Positions 10,071-19,545 of a stretch of DNA of 64,000 nucleotides are shown here, one piece after another. The notes below the pieces were generated by a model that was not told the origin of the DNA, made no database searches, and was given only the letters and a program-made list of their open reading frames with translations. The DNA comes from Candidatus Kerfeldbacteria bacterium (GTDB lineage Bacteria; Patescibacteriota; Patescibacteriia; SBBC01; CAIJZX01), in the NCBI GenBank assembly GCA_903825245.1, contig CAIJZX010000015.1, positions 28,564 to 92,563 on the forward strand, read 5' to 3'. Every line of letters begins with the position of its first letter. Within the stretch, counting starts at the first letter, position 1. The position numbers were made by a program, and so were the translations under genes.

Positions 10071-11717
10071 ATGACCAACAAGGTAACGAGCGCCCTGCAG
10101 AAAGACGGTCTCCTGACTCGTCAGCAGGTGCAACAACTCCAGCAATTCAGCGGCGGCAACGTCATCGATTTTTTCCGTACTGAGAAAATTCCGTTAGAAC
10201 AATCGATTGACCAATACCTCCGCGAACGGCATTCATTGCCGGTGGTTTGTCTCGATCAAGTTGTACTCGATCCGGACGTGGTGAAAAAGTTGCCGCAGGC
10301 GTTGTGTCTCGAGCACCTGGTCGTACCGTTCCATAGTGAAGGCCAGACATTGTACGTTGCCATGGCTGAACCGGAAAATACGGACATTAAGCATTTTATT
10401 CAAACCTACACCGGCATGACAATTGTGCCGTATCTTTCCGATGTCCAAGGCATCCGGCAGGTGATTCGTACGACGTTTGATACTACCGCTGATGATGACC
10501 GTCGACAGATTGATGAACTCGTAACACGCGCCACGTCGCTAGGCACAGATCCGGAAGCGATGGCGAAAGAAGCGCCGATCATCCAACTCCTTGATCATTT
10601 CTTGGCACATGCCATGCGTCTCGGCGCAAGTGATTTACACTTAGAACCGACTGATGCGACGGCAATGATTCGCTTGCGTATTGACGGTTTATTGCACGAC
10701 ACTTTTACCTTGCCGTTGAGTTTACACGCCCCGCTCGTCGCCCGCATAAAAATTCTGGCTTCAATGCGCATCGATGAGCACTTACGTCCCCAAGACGCGC
10801 GATTTGTATTCACCCACACCGATCGTAGCATCGCCGTTCGTGTTTCCATTGTTCCGGCGTTACATGGACAAAAAGTTGTTTTACGTTTCTTAAGCACGGA
10901 TATTGAAAACTTTTCCGTCGAGCGTTTAGGTATGGCGTCGGCGGCACAAAATGCCGTGAAAAAAATGATTACCGCACCCCACGGATTGTTATTGGTGACC
11001 GGGCCGACCGGTTCGGGCAAAACGACGACGCTGTACAGTATGATGAATGAATTGCGTCAACGTAAAGTCAATATTTCCACGATCGAAGATCCGATTGAAT
11101 ACAAGATTCCCGGTGTGACCCAGGTGCAGGTGAATCCGCAGGTCGGATTAACATTTGCCACCGGTTTGCGTTCCTTGCTCCGCCAAGATCCGGACATTAT
11201 TCTCGTTGGAGAAATTCGTGATCGTGAAACAGCCGAGATTGCTATTCACGCCGCACTAACTGGGCACTTAGTTTTATCTTCATTGCATACAAATTCTGCC
11301 GCGGCCGCCGTCACCCGGCTTCTTGATATTGGTATTGAGCCGTACTTAATTGCCTCAACGGTCTGCGGTGTTATTGGTCAACGATTAGTACGTGAAATTT
11401 GCCCGAAGTGCAAACAGGTAATTCCGACAACCGCTTGGCCGGAACAATTGCAATCCGCTGAACCGGCACCGACGACCCACGCCGTCGGTCAAGGCTGTAC
11501 TACCTGTTTACAAACCGGCTATCGCGGACGAGCTGGACTCTTCGAAGTGATGCCAATGACCGAGCAGATTCAACAACTGGTCATGCAACGCGCGACGGCG
11601 ACCGCTATTGAAAACGCGGCTGTGGTCAACGGTATGCGCACGCTCCGTGATGATGCGCGCTTGAAAGTGCAACAAGGATTAACCACGCCGCAAGAAGTTA
11701 TTCGCGTTCTGCTATAA
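10071..11717 (+). CDS. pilB: Type IV pilus/T2SS assembly ATPase (PilB/GspE)
   Basis: ASDLHLEP, GPTGSGKTT, TIEDPIE, LRQDPDIILVGEIRD, tetra-Cys motif. Confidence 0.93.
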   Translation: MTNKVTSALQKDGLLTRQQVQQLQQFSGGNVIDFFRTEKIPLEQSIDQYLRERHSLPVVCLDQVVLDPDVVKKLPQALCLEHLVVPFHSEGQTLYVAMAEPENTDIKHFIQTYTGMTIVPYLSDVQGIRQVIRTTFDTTADDDRRQIDELVTRATSLGTDPEAMAKEAPIIQLLDHFLAHAMRLGASDLHLEPTDATAMIRLRIDGLLHDTFTLPLSLHAPLVARIKILASMRIDEHLRPQDARFVFTHTDRSIAVRVSIVPALHGQKVVLRFLSTDIENFSVERLGMASAAQNAVKKMITAPHGLLLVTGPTGSGKTTTLYSMMNELRQRKVNISTIEDPIEYKIPGVTQVQVNPQVGLTFATGLRSLLRQDPDIILVGEIRDRETAEIAIHAALTGHLVLSSLHTNSAAAAVTRLLDIGIEPYLIASTVCGVIGQRLVREICPKCKQVIPTTAWPEQLQSAEPAPTTHAVGQGCTTCLQTGYRGRAGLFEVMPMTEQIQQLVMQRATATAIENAAVVNGMRTLRDDARLKVQQGLTTPQEVIRVLL

Positions 11718-11721
11718 ATTT

Positions 11722-12933
11722 ATGACACACTACGACTATACCGCTCTCCAATTTGATAACACGATTCTTCGTGGCCAGGTAGCGGCCTGGACGAAACGCG
11801 GAGCAACTTCGGCCTTACGCAAGCAGCATTTGACTGTGGTGACCGTGCGTCCGACGCCAACGACATCAAAATGGCGAAAATATTTACCGACGCACGTCTC
11901 GAGTTTCGATCGCATTGTTTTTACTCGCAACCTGTTGACCATGTTGAAGGCGGGGATGACGATCAGCGAAGCCTTGGCCTCGACGCGCGAACAAATGAGC
12001 AATATCGGATTTCAGAAGATTATTAGTTCGATCGAGCAATCAATTCAGGCCGGGCAACCGATGTCAGCGGGATTGAAGCGCGCGCCAGGGGTGTTCAACG
12101 CCGAGTATGTGGCGATTATCACGATCGGTGAACGCAGCGGAAAACTGGTAGATGTCCTAGCGTATCTATCAAAAAAATTAGAAGATGAGCATCGTTTACT
12201 CCGACGCATTCGTCAGGCTTTAACCTATCCGGCGATCATCCTTGTCACCATGTTGATTATTGTCTCGATTATGGTGCTGTTCGTGATTCCACGCATCTCC
12301 ACGATCTACGTTGATGCCGGGGTGAAATTGCCGTTGATGACCCGCATCTTGTTGGCGATTAGCACATTCCTGTCGCACTACTTTCTGCCGATCTTCTTTG
12401 TTCTACTTGGCTTAGTTCTCATCTTCGACCTCGTTATGCAACGGTCGCCGAAAGTGCGAAAAATTATCCATCGCCAACTACTCAATATTCCGGTGTTCGG
12501 TCTGATGTTAAAGAAACTCAACATCGCGATGGTCAGTCGATCGCTATCGATGTTGCTCCAATCCGGTGTGCCGATCGACCGCTCGTTGCTCTTAGCGGCC
12601 GATACTGCGCAAAACGCATCGTATCGTGACGCTTTGCAGTGGGCTGAACCGCTCGTCTCGCGCGGCGTTCACCTAACTGACGTTTTTCGCGGTCGACAAG
12701 ATTTATTCTTACCGGTTTTCCAACGCATGGTTACGACCGGTGAAAAGTCGGGTAATCTCGACACAATGTTTGCCAATGTTGCTGGTTACTACGATGAAGA
12801 CTTGGAATACTGGGCGGCCAACATTTCTTCCACCATTGAACCAATTATGATTGTCAGCGTCGCGGTCGTGGTTGGATGTATCGCGGTGGCTATTCTTTTC
12901 CCACTATGGAACCTCGTCAACGTCATCAACTAA
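11722..12933 (+). CDS. pilC: Type IV pilus platform protein (PilC/GspF)
   Basis: GERSGKL, ALTYP, GEKSGNLD, IEP motifs. Confidence 0.92.
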   Translation: MTHYDYTALQFDNTILRGQVAAWTKRGATSALRKQHLTVVTVRPTPTTSKWRKYLPTHVSSFDRIVFTRNLLTMLKAGMTISEALASTREQMSNIGFQKIISSIEQSIQAGQPMSAGLKRAPGVFNAEYVAIITIGERSGKLVDVLAYLSKKLEDEHRLLRRIRQALTYPAIILVTMLIIVSIMVLFVIPRISTIYVDAGVKLPLMTRILLAISTFLSHYFLPIFFVLLGLVLIFDLVMQRSPKVRKIIHRQLLNIPVFGLMLKKLNIAMVSRSLSMLLQSGVPIDRSLLLAADTAQNASYRDALQWAEPLVSRGVHLTDVFRGRQDLFLPVFQRMVTTGEKSGNLDTMFANVAGYYDEDLEYWAANISSTIEPIMIVSVAVVVGCIAVAILFPLWNLVNVIN

Positions 12934-13355
12934 CGGTGTTACGGCCAGCCTTTACCATGATTGAGGTCTTGGTGGTTTTGGCGATTCTCGGCATTATTCT
13001 GGCTTTCGGTGCGCCAGGGTACGCACAGCAACAGCAACGCGCGACGATTACGAAAGAAACCGATCGGCTTGTTTCATTGCTCCGTGAAGCGCAATCACGA
13101 TCATTGAATGCCGAAGACGGCCTGGCCTGGCAATTAGTGTGCACTGGTTCGACGGTGACATTGAAAACCGTTGAAGATTCGTATGCGACAGCATATGACT
13201 TTCCGAAAGTGCAGTGCGCTTCGGGTACAGTGCAATTCCAAAAATTGACCGGTCTAGCTTCGGGAGCAAATGCACTAACACTACAAGTGCATGGGCAAGC
13301 AGTAAAACGTGTGATTATTTCCGCTACCGGCACCATGACTACTGAAACATTATGA
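12906..13355 (+). CDS. Prepilin-like protein (FimT/GspH-like); start uncertain (12906 or GTG 12936)
   Basis: PA|FTMIEVLVVLAI class III signal. Confidence 0.85.
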   Translation: MEPRQRHQLTVLRPAFTMIEVLVVLAILGIILAFGAPGYAQQQQRATITKETDRLVSLLREAQSRSLNAEDGLAWQLVCTGSTVTLKTVEDSYATAYDFPKVQCASGTVQFQKLTGLASGANALTLQVHGQAVKRVIISATGTMTTETL

Positions 13356-13819
13356 TTCGCCGCGGCAGTCTTATCATTGAAGTCCTCCTCAGCGCTGGTT
13401 TGATTGCTGTGTTCGCTTTATTTTTAAGCGGCTTGCTTGTTGTTACCAGCAAGACGAATCGCTTAGCCAAAGAAGAGTCGCAAGCCGCGGCGTACGCCCA
13501 GCAGAACATGGAACAGCTGGTAGCCATCAAAAATACGAAATGGAGCGATCTCAGCACTGGAACGTTTTATATTTCGAAATCAGGACCAACATCATACGGA
13601 TTAAATGCTACACCGACCGGCGATACTCTGGATGGACTGTACCATCGGTTGATCACTATCACCGAAGTCCGTCGTGACGCGTCACAAAATATTGTTACCA
13701 CGGGCGGAACGGTTAATGGAAAGTCTTTGCAAGCAAACGTAACCGTTTCGTGGTCTGATAATGGTAATCACCAAGTGATGTTAGTTAATTATTTTACGAA
13801 CTGGAAGGATTTACCGTAA
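13352..13819 (+). CDS. Minor pilin (PilV-like)
   Basis: RRG|SLIIEVLL class III signal. Confidence 0.8.
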   Translation: MIRRGSLIIEVLLSAGLIAVFALFLSGLLVVTSKTNRLAKEESQAAAYAQQNMEQLVAIKNTKWSDLSTGTFYISKSGPTSYGLNATPTGDTLDGLYHRLITITEVRRDASQNIVTTGGTVNGKSLQANVTVSWSDNGNHQVMLVNYFTNWKDLP

Positions 13820-13820
13820 T

Positions 13821-14375
13821 ATGAAACGTCCTGGATACACCCAGCACCACTTTTTCCAATCACTTCGACGTTTGTATTCGCAGCACCGCCAGCAAAAAGG
13901 TGGTGCTGGGTATACTCTTGTCGAACTCCTCGTCTATCTTGGACTCAGTAGTCTGGTGCTGTTACTGATGACCGGATTTCTGGCGCGCGTTATGGGCAAT
14001 AAAGCGATTGCTGCCACGCAAACGCAATTACAAGAGAACGAACGGACGGTCTTCGATGCGATGACCGTAGCGATACGTAACTCGTATGAAGTCACCGTCG
14101 AGAATAGCGGTACGAAAGTGATCGTTAAGTCGCATCCGGAAGATTCTGGCTTAACCACATATACCGTCTTTCAGGTGGATGCACACCAGCGGCTGAGTAT
14201 GGGTCAAAATGAGGATTTTATGCTCGTTGACCCCCAACCAATTACCGATGACGGTATTATCGTCAAGGCGTTTTCTGCCACGGTGATTTCTTCGTCACTT
14301 GAGGTGACACTGGTGATACAAAAGGGCACTCAAACGAACGCCTTTACTTCGACAATCGCTTTTCGCCAACAGTAA
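13821..14375 (+). CDS. Minor pilin (PilW-like) with MITE-extended leader
   Basis: GAG|YTLVELL; leader lengthened by 25 codons by an inverted-repeat element. Confidence 0.85.
   Translation: MKRPGYTQHHFFQSLRRLYSQHRQQKGGAGYTLVELLVYLGLSSLVLLLMTGFLARVMGNKAIAATQTQLQENERTVFDAMTVAIRNSYEVTVENSGTKVIVKSHPEDSGLTTYTVFQVDAHQRLSMGQNEDFMLVDPQPITDDGIIVKAFSATVISSSLEVTLVIQKGTQTNAFTSTIAFRQQ
13840..13910. mobile_element. 71-bp MITE-like element in prepilin leader
   Basis: Ends CCCAGCACCACTTTTT / AAAAAGGTGGTGCTGGG; flanked by TACA/TATA; removal restores MKRPG|YTLVELL. Confidence 0.75.
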
Positions 14376-14378
14376 TAT

Positions 14379-15452
14379 ATGCCTCAACGTCCCGGAGCAA
14401 TTACCCTCATCGCCACTTTTTTCACCGCCATGGTTGCGTTGATGCTGTTGTTGACCGTCAACATCCATGCGGTTGATGAAAAACAGCGGACGCACGATAA
14501 TACTATCTCCGAGCAGGCGTTTTATGCGGCGCAATCATGTACTGATGAAGCATATTTGCATCTTCGCACCGATGTGTCATTTCGCGACGTTGCTACGCTC
14601 AACATTGGCTCAGGAACGTGTACAGCACATATAACGCCATCAGGTCCTGACAGCGGCCAAATAGTTAGTACCGGTCGAAGCGGTAGTGCTATACGAACCA
14701 TCCAGTCCTCGTATTCGGGAGCTGGGGCGACGGTGGCTCAGAATAATACGCAGATTTATCACGTTATTGATCGCTCAGGCAGTATGGATGATCAAGTATG
14801 TACCGTTCCGACGTACACGTCACAATATGATTGTGAAGCCGTACATCATATGCAATGGGTAACGAAGGCTAGCGCGGCAAAAGACGCCGCCAAGTATTTC
14901 AATACCACAGTTCTTGTTCCTGGAAATACTCATGATTCAATTGGTTTAATTTCTTATGCTAGCGAGGCTACATGGGATAGTGCCTTGCAGACAGATGCAA
15001 GTGTGATTAACAATGATATTGATAACATGCCCAGTCCATTGAATAGCACTAATTTTGATGATGCTATTGCTCTAGCTGTTCAGCATTTACCGGTTACACC
15101 GACACCTGTCACTCGAGCTATGATTTTACTGACTGACGGACAACCCACAACCTATCATACCGGACGAAGTTGTGTAGTTAACGGTCTCACGATGAGCAAT
15201 GATGACTGTTCAAAGTACTGGGGTCAGCAAGAAGCTCAGGCTGCCAAGGATGCTGGCATTCTTGTCTTTACGATTGGTTTCGGTAATATCACAGAAATTG
15301 ATATTCCATACATGGAGTCAATTTCTAGTGTGATTAATGGGCACACGCTTTTCTTTGCCCCGACTTCAACTGGACTAAACGACGTGTATAAAAAAATCTC
15401 TGATATTCTCATTCAGTATAACCTTCAACAGGGTAGCTGGAACGAGCAGTAA
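14379..15452 (+). CDS. PilX-like minor pilin fused to vWA domain
   Basis: PG|AITLIA leader without Glu5, QAFYAAQS, MIDAS DRSGS, LLTDG, FTIGFG. Confidence 0.82.
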   Translation: MPQRPGAITLIATFFTAMVALMLLLTVNIHAVDEKQRTHDNTISEQAFYAAQSCTDEAYLHLRTDVSFRDVATLNIGSGTCTAHITPSGPDSGQIVSTGRSGSAIRTIQSSYSGAGATVAQNNTQIYHVIDRSGSMDDQVCTVPTYTSQYDCEAVHHMQWVTKASAAKDAAKYFNTTVLVPGNTHDSIGLISYASEATWDSALQTDASVINNDIDNMPSPLNSTNFDDAIALAVQHLPVTPTPVTRAMILLTDGQPTTYHTGRSCVVNGLTMSNDDCSKYWGQQEAQAAKDAGILVFTIGFGNITEIDIPYMESISSVINGHTLFFAPTSTGLNDVYKKISDILIQYNLQQGSWNEQ

Positions 15453-15464
15453 ATAAATATCAGC

Positions 15465-15496
15465 CCCCACACCAATATGTTGGTGTGGGGTTTTTT
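15465..15496 (+). terminator. Intrinsic terminator of pilus operon
   Basis: CCCCACACCAA-TATG-TTGGTGTGGGG then TTTTTT. Confidence 0.8.
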
Positions 15497-15497
15497 A

Positions 15498-15526
15498 TTG
15501 CCAAAAAAACAGCTTCGCGGTACTCT
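15498..15526 (+). promoter_or_regulatory. Sigma70 promoter of structured ncRNA
   Basis: TTGCCA-17-TACTCT immediately before the RNA closing stem. Confidence 0.7.
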
Positions 15527-15530
15527 CTCA

Positions 15531-15768
15531 ATGTCCTTTCCAGCCATCATCGTTGTTCTATACATTGTCCTTGGGCGGCTGAATCGCCGCGTCCCTTGGG
15601 ATGTGGCTCTGGCTGACCCAGCGGTCAACACACTGCTTCAGGACGCTCAAGTGCTCCTTCGCGAAGTACTGGAGTAGTTCGGCAGCAGACCTCGCGCCAT
15701 GTATGGCGCGGGGAATCAAGCCCGCTTACCTTCGTAAAGGACGCGATGGTGGCTACTAGGGAGGACAT
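15531..15768 (+). ncRNA. Structured ncRNA, probably 6S RNA
   Basis: Closing stems ATGTCCT/AGGACAT and AGCCATCATCG/CGATGGTGGCT; central bubble with 3' CCTT-CGTA-AAGG hairpin; G-U pairs work only on + strand; own promoter. Confidence 0.6.
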
Positions 15769-15788
15769 GAAAAGACGCAAAAAAGCGT

Positions 15789-15864
15789 TGGTCGGGGTAG
15801 CGGGACTCGAACCCACGGCCTCATGCACCCCATGCATGCGCGCTACCAACTGCGCCATACCCCG
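15789..15864 (-). tRNA. tRNA-Pro(GGG)
   Basis: Cloverleaf CGGGGTA...TTCGAGT...TACCCCG-ACCA; anticodon loop ATGGGGT. Confidence 0.95.
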
Positions 15865-16024
15865 ATGTAGGTCTATACTACGTCAGGTCAAGAAAAAATA
15901 CAAACACAAATATTTACCCGATCTTTTCGCTTCCGGCGGAGTTCAAAATGTCAGGAGTTTTCTGATGCAAGTTTTAACCTTTCCATTAAGAGGTACATAA
16001 TACGTAATAACTAATACGAATACT

Positions 16025-16789
16025 ATGTTTACACGGGATGGGCAACAAGAAGAGTATATAAAAGAAAATTATCTACAAGTTACCGATTCGCGCCTGGACG
16101 ACGATCACTGGGACTTGCTCTGTGACCATTGCAAAGTTGTACGCGGTTTTCAGGTTGTAAAACGTACATTTACAGATAGAGCAGGGCATTATAATGCACA
16201 AATTGATACCAAAGCTCCTGAAACAATATACTTCCATTGCCCAGTATGTCATTCATATAAACTTTGGATAATGTTCCGCCTCTATGACCGGGAATCGGAA
16301 TCTTGGCGATACTACAAGGTTACCGCAGTTCCAAATGATGGTTTAGAGGAGATTGCCGAGTTACCAGAAAATCCATCAACTTTGCGTGCGGCCTATAAAG
16401 AAGCGATGCGAGCGATGGACGCAAATGCGCATATGGCTGCCGCAGCTATGTTTAGAAGGGCGCTACAAGTAATAACGCGCGATATTTTGAAAGCAAAACC
16501 TGGTAACCTCGGTGTAGAGCTTCAAGAAGTTGTTGGTAAAACTTATAATGGTGGAGTTATAGATTCAACATTTTCCGAAAACGCTTATATCGTGAAAGAA
16601 GCAGGAAATCAAGGCGCTCATCCAGATAAAGATCCGGATTTACTGGATTTTGCTGCGGAGGATGCAACAGCCTTGCAGGAAATATTTATGGAGATTGTTG
16701 CCGATCTATTTGTAGTACCAGCAGCGAAGCAAAAAGCCAAGGATGACTTCAAGGCACGAAGAAAAATCGAAGTACCTGAAGAAAAGTAA
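16025..16789 (+). CDS. DUF4145 (HEPN-related) domain protein with N-terminal Zn ribbon
   Basis: CDHC/CPVC; AYKEA...AAAAMFRRALQ...GNQGAH. Confidence 0.75.
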   Translation: MFTRDGQQEEYIKENYLQVTDSRLDDDHWDLLCDHCKVVRGFQVVKRTFTDRAGHYNAQIDTKAPETIYFHCPVCHSYKLWIMFRLYDRESESWRYYKVTAVPNDGLEEIAELPENPSTLRAAYKEAMRAMDANAHMAAAAMFRRALQVITRDILKAKPGNLGVELQEVVGKTYNGGVIDSTFSENAYIVKEAGNQGAHPDKDPDLLDFAAEDATALQEIFMEIVADLFVVPAAKQKAKDDFKARRKIEVPEEK

Positions 16790-16851
16790 TAGGGTCGAAA
16801 TTCGCATAACGGGATTACATTTTGTGAAAAAGGAAGAAATAAGTATCACTC

Positions 16852-16880
16852 TTTACATACCTAGAGCTTCTATGTATAAT
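16852..16880 (+). promoter_or_regulatory. padR promoter with overlapping operator
   Basis: TTTACA-17-TATAAT containing inverted repeat ATACCTAG-N5-CTATGTAT. Confidence 0.65.
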
Positions 16881-16900
16881 GGTTGTAGGCATCAATTCCT

Positions 16901-17254
16901 ATGGAAATTAACAAGGATCTTATCGCCGCGTCCTCAACCCCAATCGTCTTAGCGACCCTCGCGAAGCGGGAGAGTTATGGCTACGCGATTTTGAAGCAGG
17001 TGCAGGATGCCTCGGGTCAGCACATCGAATGGACCGACGGCATGCTGTATCCGGTCTTGCATCGTCTCGAGCGGCTGGGCTACATCGACGGCACCTGGAA
17101 AGACGCGGACAGCGGACGGAAGCGGAAGTACTATCGGATCACGTCTCGGGGGCGAAAACAGTTGGCCGACGAGCTCAAACAATGGCGCGCGGTAGACGCG
17201 ACGATTCGCGGTATCCTACCGGCCATGACCATGCAACTTTCTCACCGCCTATGA
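16901..17254 (+). CDS. PadR family transcriptional regulator
   Basis: SYGYAI, GMLYPVLHRLE, RKRKYYRIT. Confidence 0.92.
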   Translation: MEINKDLIAASSTPIVLATLAKRESYGYAILKQVQDASGQHIEWTDGMLYPVLHRLERLGYIDGTWKDADSGRKRKYYRITSRGRKQLADELKQWRAVDATIRGILPAMTMQLSHRL

Positions 17255-18603
17255 CCACACCGCACATCGAACAGCAGATCGAGCAGTGGCGCGAATACTT
17301 TCTGCGGCGTAAAGCGGTGCAATCGCAAGATGTCGCTGAACTCGAAGATCACTTGCGAGAACAAATTACCGGATTGGAGAAGAATGGCTTGTCGTCCGAT
17401 GAGGCGTTTTTGGTAGCCATCAAGCGCCTTGGGGATCTCGACAGCATTTCACGCGAGTTTGCGCGAGAGTATTCGGAACGCTTGTGGAAACAGCTTGTGG
17501 TCGCGCCGTCGGATACCGAAGCAGGGGAATCGCGAACTGAGTGGATGATGGTGTTGGGATTGGCTGTGCTCGCCGCGCTGTTGATTAAAGCTCCAACCCT
17601 GTTTGGCTTACAAATTGATCGTGATTGGGGATTCTACGTTCGTAATGTAAGTTTTTCGGTTTTACCAATCTTGGCCGGATACTTTATCTGGAAGCGAAAG
17701 TTGAGTGGGAAGTTTGTTGGGTGGGTTGCGGCGGCCTTTGTGGTTGCGGCGATCGTGATGAATGTTTTTCCATTTCATCTCAATGGCTCAACGATCGGTT
17801 TATCGGCGTTGCACTTGCCGATTGTGTTGTGGTTTGTTGTTGGTGTGGCGTATGCCGGATCGCGATGGCGTGAGGTTACCGGACGGATGGATTTCATTCG
17901 CTACACCGGTGAGTTGTTTATCTACTACGCCTTAATTGCCCTCGGCGGCGGTGTGCTGTCCGGGTTCATGCTCATGATATTTGAATCTATTGGTGTGAAC
18001 ATCAGTCCGGTAATCGGGTTATGGGTTATACCATGCGGTGCGGCCGGCGCGGTGATTATTGCCTCGTGGCTTGTCGAGGCGAAGAAGAGCGTGATCGAAA
18101 ATATGGCACCCGTTCTGACAAGATTATTCACGCCGCTGTTCGCTTTAGTATTGCTCGTGTTCTTAACGACGATGGTCTGGACGGGGAATGGCGTTAATGT
18201 GGCGCGTGATGTCCTCATCGGTTTTGATTTGCTGCTGGTTGTCGTTCTCGGATTGTTTGTGTACTCGATGTCCGCACGATCACCGCAAGCGAAGCCGGGC
18301 ATGTCTGATATTTTGCAGATTATTCTGTTGGTTAGCGCGTTGCTGGCGGACGCGGTAGCGCTGTGGGCGATCGCTTCGCGCATTTCAGAACTTGGTTGGA
18401 CGCCGAATCGAGTGGCCGCCCTTGGCGAGAATATTATTCTGCTCGTTAATCTCGCTTGGTCGAGCGTATTGTACCTGAAGTTCTTCCGCAAGCAGGGGAC
18501 GTTCGCGGAGCTTGAAAAATGGCAAACGCAGTACATAGCCGTCTACGCTACTTGGGCGATGATCGTCGTCGCACTATTCCCACTACTATTCGGATTTCGT
18601 TGA
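17251..18603 (+). CDS. Permease-prefix-domain multi-pass membrane protein (PadR partner)
   Basis: ELEDHLREQ...GLSSDEAFLVAIKRLGD, then about 11 TM helices; ATGA overlap with padR. Confidence 0.82.
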   Translation: MTTPHIEQQIEQWREYFLRRKAVQSQDVAELEDHLREQITGLEKNGLSSDEAFLVAIKRLGDLDSISREFAREYSERLWKQLVVAPSDTEAGESRTEWMMVLGLAVLAALLIKAPTLFGLQIDRDWGFYVRNVSFSVLPILAGYFIWKRKLSGKFVGWVAAAFVVAAIVMNVFPFHLNGSTIGLSALHLPIVLWFVVGVAYAGSRWREVTGRMDFIRYTGELFIYYALIALGGGVLSGFMLMIFESIGVNISPVIGLWVIPCGAAGAVIIASWLVEAKKSVIENMAPVLTRLFTPLFALVLLVFLTTMVWTGNGVNVARDVLIGFDLLLVVVLGLFVYSMSARSPQAKPGMSDILQIILLVSALLADAVALWAIASRISELGWTPNRVAALGENIILLVNLAWSSVLYLKFFRKQGTFAELEKWQTQYIAVYATWAMIVVALFPLLFGFR

Positions 18604-18627
18604 AACGGTATCTTATTCTTCTGACCA

Positions 18628-18981
18628 ATGTCTCAGCTTACGATTGCCCACAAAACTGCCATCCGCCAAGCGCTAACAACTGCTAGTGCCGTTGTACCGT
18701 TTTTCGAAAAAGCATATCCGAAAGATAAGCGACCACGACGAGCGATCGAAGCGGGGAGAGCATGGTTGCGCGGAACTATGAGCGTTGGCGATGTTCGAAA
18801 AGCGGCGTTTGCCGCACATGCGGCGGCAAGAAAAGCGAAGAGTCCAGCGGCGCGAGCTGCGGCTCGCGCCGCTGGACAAGCCGCGTCAACCGTTCACGTC
18901 CTAGGTCATGCTCAGCATGCTCTTGATTACGTCGCAAAAGCGCGTAAATTTGTGCGTCAAAAATCAACACCGAAGAACTAA
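18628..18981 (+). CDS. Imm5-like putative immunity protein
   Basis: PKDKRPRRAIEAGRAW...AAFAAHAAAR...AAGQAASTVH. Confidence 0.75.
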   Translation: MSQLTIAHKTAIRQALTTASAVVPFFEKAYPKDKRPRRAIEAGRAWLRGTMSVGDVRKAAFAAHAAARKAKSPAARAAARAAGQAASTVHVLGHAQHALDYVAKARKFVRQKSTPKN

Positions 18982-19094
18982 AACCTTCAGTCCATCATCG
19001 GCTAGCCTTGTTCGAGATAAAGGCATAGGTGGTTTTAGGACTCACAATATATGTGATATGCTAATATGATATTGCGCTATTAACCATTAACCAT

Positions 19095-19433
19095 ATGGAC
19101 AATACACAGCCCCAACCGACAAGACTGACACCAGCTCCCTGGTTTAATCGTGCTTGGATCGGTACATTGATAGTATTCTTTGCTTCGTTTCTCGTTTATC
19201 TCCCGACGTTCAATTCCTATTCTTCCATCAAACGTTTCGGTATTATTGTCTTGGCTCTTGTGCCATCGCTCCTCGTGAACGGTTATCACGGTATCACGCA
19301 TAAGTATCTTCAAGGCAAAATTGTCATTCGAGGAACGATGGCGGTAGTGCTGGGCGTCTTCTATTGTCTGGCGGCGGTCGCCGTTCTTTGGATTGGGTTA
19401 CGTATGATCACGAGTTCTACAACGAGTCTGTAG
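19095..19433 (+). CDS. Hypothetical membrane protein (3 TM)
   Basis: 112-aa ORF with hydrophobic segments. Confidence 0.6.
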   Translation: MDNTQPQPTRLTPAPWFNRAWIGTLIVFFASFLVYLPTFNSYSSIKRFGIIVLALVPSLLVNGYHGITHKYLQGKIVIRGTMAVVLGVFYCLAAVAVLWIGLRMITSSTTSL

Positions 19434-19545
19434 ATGTGTGAACGGCGGGTAATAACAACGCGCCAAAATTACGAAGACAGCAATCCTTCAGCCCATCCTC
19501 AGCCAGTCTTGCGATAATGGCTATCTTACTGTACTCTGACTGCCC

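Noticed and set aside
15477-16000. Short ORFs from the track (15477-15677, 15625-15858, 15746-16000)
   Set aside because: They overlap the terminator, structured RNA and tRNA-Pro and have no protein features.
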